Of a DNA stretch of 64,000 nucleotides, positions 59,620 to 64,000 are shown piece after piece (the stretch's first letter is position 1; each line of letters starts with the position of its first letter). The stretch is from a candidate division FCPU426 bacterium (GTDB lineage Bacteria > Oederibacteriota > Muellerivitia > Muellerivitales > Muellerivitaceae). Location: positions 352,001 through 416,000 of the forward strand of contig CAWCKJ010000003.1 in NCBI GenBank assembly GCA_963796105.1. The letters are read 5' to 3'. The notes beneath the pieces are model-generated. The model was not told the DNA's origin, made no database searches, and saw nothing but the letters and a program-made list of their open reading frames with translations. Both the position numbers and the translations under genes were made by a program.

Positions 59620-62600
59620 TTAAACCAACATATCCACCAAAGAAGTTCGCAGGGACATAGGCGCTAAAACATCAATATTTTCAAGCGTTTCAGAGGATTG
59701 GAGCGCCAAATCGGACAAATAACCCTTGTTAGAAGGGCCAAAACCTTCCCTCTGATATTGGAAATATTGGGCCAAAAGGTTCGTGGACCCGCCTTGAACA
59801 TGGACTTGGAGCTGGTCAATCTGGAGGCCCGATTGGCTTAAGGCGGCCTTTAAATCGACCAAGTTATGCTGAAGGGCTTCCTTGACATCAGGATTGGACA
59901 CTGTAATCCTGGCTGATACAGCCTGATCCACCAGTGAAACCTGCACGGTAACCCGGCCTAAGTTGGCGGGGACCAATTGGAAGTTGAGCGAAGTTACCAT
60001 TTTTGCATCTGCGGCGTGAGCCGTGATTTGATCCGTAACTTGCCGGAATAACGTCACATTATCCAAAGTATTATTCTGCTGATTCAAAACCGCGTTATTC
60101 CCGGCAGACAAGATAACTTTATCAGCATCTCCATTATCCCCGGACGTTTTTAGGTTTGGATTGGTTAAGTCCTTATTCCCGGAGCCGGTCAACACGGAAT
60201 TGCTTGAAATCAATTCGTTCATTTGCGAGGAATTTCCTGTGTTGGCAACTGCGATTACAGCCTGAGGCGTCAACGGTTGGACCACCGATGTAGTTTCGAC
60301 ATTCAAGTTGCCCAGAGAAGTATTGTCAGTAGATTTCAGCAGGTTCTGAGTTGTAACCTGAGTTTTGCTCGCGTTCAACGTTGACATTGAACCAGTCAAG
60401 TTTTGAGCGTTTGTAACCTGGGGTGCTAAGGAAGCGGGATTAAATGTTTGATCAACAGCTTTCCTAGCGCCGGGATTACTCTGATTTTCAAGTGAATAAG
60501 CGGGATCATTGTTGGTAAGATTTTTCGAATTTCCAGGAGAATGATTGCCCATGGAAACTGATAAATTTATTCCCGGAGATAAACTTTGCTGAGAGGCATT
60601 CGTGTTTTGCAGATCCAGGCTTGAAGCAATCAAGTTTTGTGCGGTGATATCAGAAATACTGTCACTTAAAGGATTTTCTGGAATCGAAGGGTTCGAATTA
60701 TTCATTGATATTCCCTGATTCGAGGAACTATTTAGAATTATCGAAACTGGTTGAGCAGTCGATGGATTTGATTGCTTTTGTCCATTATTTTCTAAAATTG
60801 TTTGATTTTGTTCTTTAGGCTCAGATAGCAAAAGTTGATTTTCATCTTTTTGGCCGTTCAAAGAAGCAATCGGGATTTGCCGTTGTGAAGTCTGAAGCGC
60901 ATCTTTCGGAATCACTGAGACTTCGGCAAAAATTGCGGTTTCGCTAAGCACTTTTGAATTTTGTGAGTTGGGCGATCCAACTTCAATATTAGGAATAATC
61001 AAGCCTGTGCTTGTCGTCAACCTTGACCGTTTGTCGCCGCCATCAATGGTTAGACCACTCTGGCCAGAAGTTTGATCATTTTGGCTCTTCACATCCGGTG
61101 TCCTTGTTACCGGCTTCGTAGGTTGCACATCAGCTAATATGTCGATTGGGGCGGAAATAACATTTGAAATTTCAGGATCGGAGATTACAGCATTCTGTTG
61201 TTGAACCGAGTTATTTATTGTTCCCACATTATTTTGCTCGTTTCCATTGTTGGGCGCAGAATTCGTTCCTGCCGGAGTAAAATTCCGGAATTGAGAAGAG
61301 TTATTAATCTTAATTGAATTTCCAACTGCTTCGCTAAAATTCAACAAATTCCTCTGGGCCAGCAAATTATTGATTTGGTTTATCTCATGCGTGTCCCACG
61401 AACCTAAAGCCTCGAAATGGCTCGGAAAACCCTTTTGATTCAAGGTTGAATTTTGCGATGCCAAGAGCGCTTCAGCATTCAAATTGTTATTTATGGTTGG
61501 AGTTTTTCCATCTTCGATCGGCAGTACAAGATTATTAACCTGAGAAGAGACATTATTCTTAGAAGAAATTTGGCTCAAGATTGTTCCCAATTGAATATCT
61601 TGATTCTCCCGCAAAATGCTAGTCGTTTGATTTGTGGGCAAAGGACCGTCATCGGTTTTGCCCGCAGGGATTGAAAGGTATTCATCAGGAGTTTGATGAC
61701 TGGGAGCAGCTAGCAATTTTGAATCCGGCGAATTATTTTTGTTGCCATTTTGCGAGGTGTTTAAAACCACCTGATTCGCGCCAACTTTAGTAAGTAATTG
61801 AACTAAATTTTTTAAGTTTTGGACGTCATTTGAATTAGAAGTGCCGGCTTGAACAGGTTCTTGGATTACAGTTATCGGCTGGTATTGAGTTCCATTTGCG
61901 CCCAATTCCGATAAGGTTTTCAAAACAGCATTTACCTTTTCTTGAGAAATGGTTCCATTAGTGTCCAAAGGAACTCCCGGACGGGGAGTGAATAAAAAGG
62001 GCTCTTGAATTCCATTTGTCAGGCTTTGGTTTACTTGTTGACCCGAATCAACACTGGCGGCAAAATCAGAAATAGTTTGATTCGTTTCGGATGTTGCACT
62101 ATTGAAATTCAAGTCCTGGTTTGGCTGATTTAACAGAGTTAGCAATTGCGTGTTTTGAGACAAGATTTGCTGTAAAAGATTCCAAGCGTTGTTTTGGATC
62201 CCTGTAGAGGTCTGTATTCCAGGATTAGTTTTATCTGTCAGTTCAGCGTTTTTCAAATCGCTTAAAATTTCAGCGGCATCCGCTGAACTTATTTTTCCTC
62301 CCCCAAGCGATGCAAGAAGGTTTTGAGCTTGGGCCGGATCATTTTGAGCGAGATTTAAAAGACGGCTAATAAATTCTTTTAAATCAGGCATCTGCTGAAC
62401 CGAAGGTATTAATACAGAAGCATTGCCGTTTATTATAGCGTTCCCATGATTATCTTGAATTAAGCCCGAATCGTTTGATTTTGAATTCTTATTGAATACA
62501 GCACTGTTGTTATCATTTGAATTACCATTACCAGATGTAAATACCTTGCCCATAACGTCATCAAAAGAGTTACCCTGCGAATTGCCACCCCTAGGAGACA

Positions 62601-62679
62601 CAATAGAACTCTTCAAGAAAGCCGAGCTCTCACTAGGTGCAGCTTGAAATAAACTTAAAAGTTCACTGACGTTTTTCAA
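59620..62679 (-). CDS. fliK: Flagellar hook-length control protein FliK (very long)
   Basis: Low-complexity N/S/Q-rich body; C-terminal T3S4 domain LNFQLVPANLGRVTVQV...VKEALQHNLVDLKAALSQSGL; directly upstream of flgD. Confidence 0.85.
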   Translation of the reverse strand: MKNVSELLSLFQAAPSESSAFLKSSIVSPRGGNSQGNSFDDVMGKVFTSGNGNSNDNNSAVFNKNSKSNDSGLIQDNHGNAIINGNASVLIPSVQQMPDLKEFISRLLNLAQNDPAQAQNLLASLGGGKISSADAAEILSDLKNAELTDKTNPGIQTSTGIQNNAWNLLQQILSQNTQLLTLLNQPNQDLNFNSATSETNQTISDFAASVDSGQQVNQSLTNGIQEPFLFTPRPGVPLDTNGTISQEKVNAVLKTLSELGANGTQYQPITVIQEPVQAGTSNSNDVQNLKNLVQLLTKVGANQVVLNTSQNGNKNNSPDSKLLAAPSHQTPDEYLSIPAGKTDDGPLPTNQTTSILRENQDIQLGTILSQISSKNNVSSQVNNLVLPIEDGKTPTINNNLNAEALLASQNSTLNQKGFPSHFEALGSWDTHEINQINNLLAQRNLLNFSEAVGNSIKINNSSQFRNFTPAGTNSAPNNGNEQNNVGTINNSVQQQNAVISDPEISNVISAPIDILADVQPTKPVTRTPDVKSQNDQTSGQSGLTIDGGDKRSRLTTSTGLIIPNIEVGSPNSQNSKVLSETAIFAEVSVIPKDALQTSQRQIPIASLNGQKDENQLLLSEPKEQNQTILENNGQKQSNPSTAQPVSIILNSSSNQGISMNNSNPSIPENPLSDSISDITAQNLIASSLDLQNTNASQQSLSPGINLSVSMGNHSPGNSKNLTNNDPAYSLENQSNPGARKAVDQTFNPASLAPQVTNAQNLTGSMSTLNASKTQVTTQNLLKSTDNTSLGNLNVETTSVVQPLTPQAVIAVANTGNSSQMNELISSNSVLTGSGNKDLTNPNLKTSGDNGDADKVILSAGNNAVLNQQNNTLDNVTLFRQVTDQITAHAADAKMVTSLNFQLVPANLGRVTVQVSLVDQAVSARITVSNPDVKEALQHNLVDLKAALSQSGLQIDQLQVHVQGGSTNLLAQYFQYQREGFGPSNKGYLSDLALQSSETLENIDVLAPMSLRTSLVDMLV

Positions 62680-62689
62680 TCATTTCACC

Positions 62690-64000
62690 TCAAGTTGATT
62701 TAGGCTGGAAAATACTGGTCGACGTAGACCCACCAACCACATTCACCAAATCGGAATACATTTGATCGATCACCTGAAGAACTTGCAGTAAGGCGTTGTA
62801 AGTAATTAAAGATTGCATTGCCTGTTGTTCAATATTCGCGATGGGCACTCCCGGGGTTGATGTGGTGGAAGTTGAACCACTTGTAGTACCAGTCGAAACA
62901 CCCGCGATATTGGCCTGGGCGTCATTCAATTGTGTTAGGGAATCTGAAGCCTGATTAGTAAGTAATTCCTGATTTGAAACATCTCCTCCAATTTGAGTCA
63001 ATAATCCGGCAGCAATATTCCCTACAGAAGTAAGATTACCGTTTAAACCAGTGAAATCGGTAAAATTTCCGGAATTATCGAGGATTGTTATAGGTTGAGG
63101 GGTATGGTCGAACAGAGTCAACGTCTGGGTTCCAGTATTAAAACTGGCAGTAATGGCGTTACCCGTAGCCGTTGCGATCTCCTGAGCGATCGCAGATAGG
63201 GACATCGTATCAGTCCAAAGTATTTGGTAAGTTTGATTATTCCCCGCCGTAATGGTAAAAGTTCCACTTGTTCCTGGAATAACACGGTAAGCCTCGGCAT
63301 TGGGACCTGTGTTGAAATTAGTGGCGATACCAATTGAATCCAAAGCGGTTGAAGCCGGGAAAGTTGCATCAACATAGTCGATCTTAGGCTCCGAACCGGC
63401 AAAACTATTATTCATCCGGATGGAGCTGGACAGGACATTGGACAGGTTACTCCAATTCGAAACACCACCTATGAAATTCCCGGAGACATTAACCAGGCTT
63501 ATGGGATTGTTGGAAAAAATGAAAAACTGCCGAGCAGTGGCGTTATAAACAGCGTTGACGTTAGGGTCTGCCGCGTTGATTTTTGCGAGGATGCTGTCTA
63601 TTGAGTCCGCGAGAGTATAAGTTACCAATTGTTGATTAACGGTAAACGACCCGGCGACGGGCGGCGTGGAAAAAATTAATGTCCCGATGGGTTGGGTAGG
63701 ATCAAGAATAGCTCCAGCAATTGCCGGTTGGCTTTCCATGAGGTTGTTTCCCAAAAGATTCGGAAGATTGCCAAGGAATTTGGCGATAGTCCCATCGGCG
63801 GTATCGTTAGGATTAATTGCGGCAGCTAACAATTCATTATTGGAAATTAATCCGCCATTAACGCTTATATTACCGGCGCCAAAACCAGTGAAAAATGCAG
63901 TACCGGTGGTAGTTCCATTAGCCGCATAACCTGCTTCATGAAGAGTATTGGTAACATTAATTACCGATGTGGCAATTTGGTCCACTTGGTCTTTATAGGA
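62690..64000 (-). CDS. flgK: FlgK-like hook-associated protein, divergent C-terminus (5'-partial)
   Basis: VDQIATSVINVTNTLHEAGY...G...FFTG..AGNISVN..L...LAAA...DG..A matches the FlgK D1 region; C-terminal YNALLQVLQVIDQMYSDLVN; frame is open to the window end. Confidence 0.7.
   Translation of the reverse strand, partial: SYKDQVDQIATSVINVTNTLHEAGYAANGTTTGTAFFTGFGAGNISVNGGLISNNELLAAAINPNDTADGTIAKFLGNLPNLLGNNLMESQPAIAGAILDPTQPIGTLIFSTPPVAGSFTVNQQLVTYTLADSIDSILAKINAADPNVNAVYNATARQFFIFSNNPISLVNVSGNFIGGVSNWSNLSNVLSSSIRMNNSFAGSEPKIDYVDATFPASTALDSIGIATNFNTGPNAEAYRVIPGTSGTFTITAGNNQTYQILWTDTMSLSAIAQEIATATGNAITASFNTGTQTLTLFDHTPQPITILDNSGNFTDFTGLNGNLTSVGNIAAGLLTQIGGDVSNQELLTNQASDSLTQLNDAQANIAGVSTGTTSGSTSTTSTPGVPIANIEQQAMQSLITYNALLQVLQVIDQMYSDLVNVVGGSTSTSIFQPKST

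Overview
Chromosomal window from a flagellated diderm bacterium. The PorV-like pairs, Thr/Pro-rich secreted proteins, TIGR02530 and FlbD suggest a poorly characterised lineage; this taxonomy is inference only. Host genes from 1 to 16.3 kb are all on + (murJ end, ogt, Ser/Thr kinase-NHL, FHA-GAF-adenylate cyclase, mutL, miaA, NUDIX, sppA, membrane TolB-like protein, peptidase-propeller-Omp85 protein, secreted protein). A complete IS1380-family element with 15-bp IRs and a TATTA duplication interrupts this run. From 16.9 kb almost all genes are on - (def-fmt-rsmB, thiE, gltBD, tgt, trimeric autotransporter, tRNA-Phe, two PorV/PorQ-like genes, flgK-fliK-flgD-TIGR02530-flgE-flbD). At the strand switch sits a lone Xer-type tyrosine recombinase. 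Directly upstream of it is a near-perfectly symmetric 11-6-11 dif-like site (TTTCGGTATAA-CTGTAA-TTATACCGAAT, 17919-17946) that overlaps the gene's predicted -10 box. This is the best candidate for an undescribed system: a self-contained, possibly autoregulated single-recombinase Xer/dif module at the replication terminus. Other notable items are T9SS-like cargo and PorV genes in an apparently non-Bacteroidota genome, an HPr-like domain split by a ~100-aa insertion, a 96-aa tandem-repeat protein after the flagellar hook genes, a ~1000-aa FliK and a probable catalytically dead clan-A glycoside hydrolase. All calls come from reading motifs by eye; no database searches were run.
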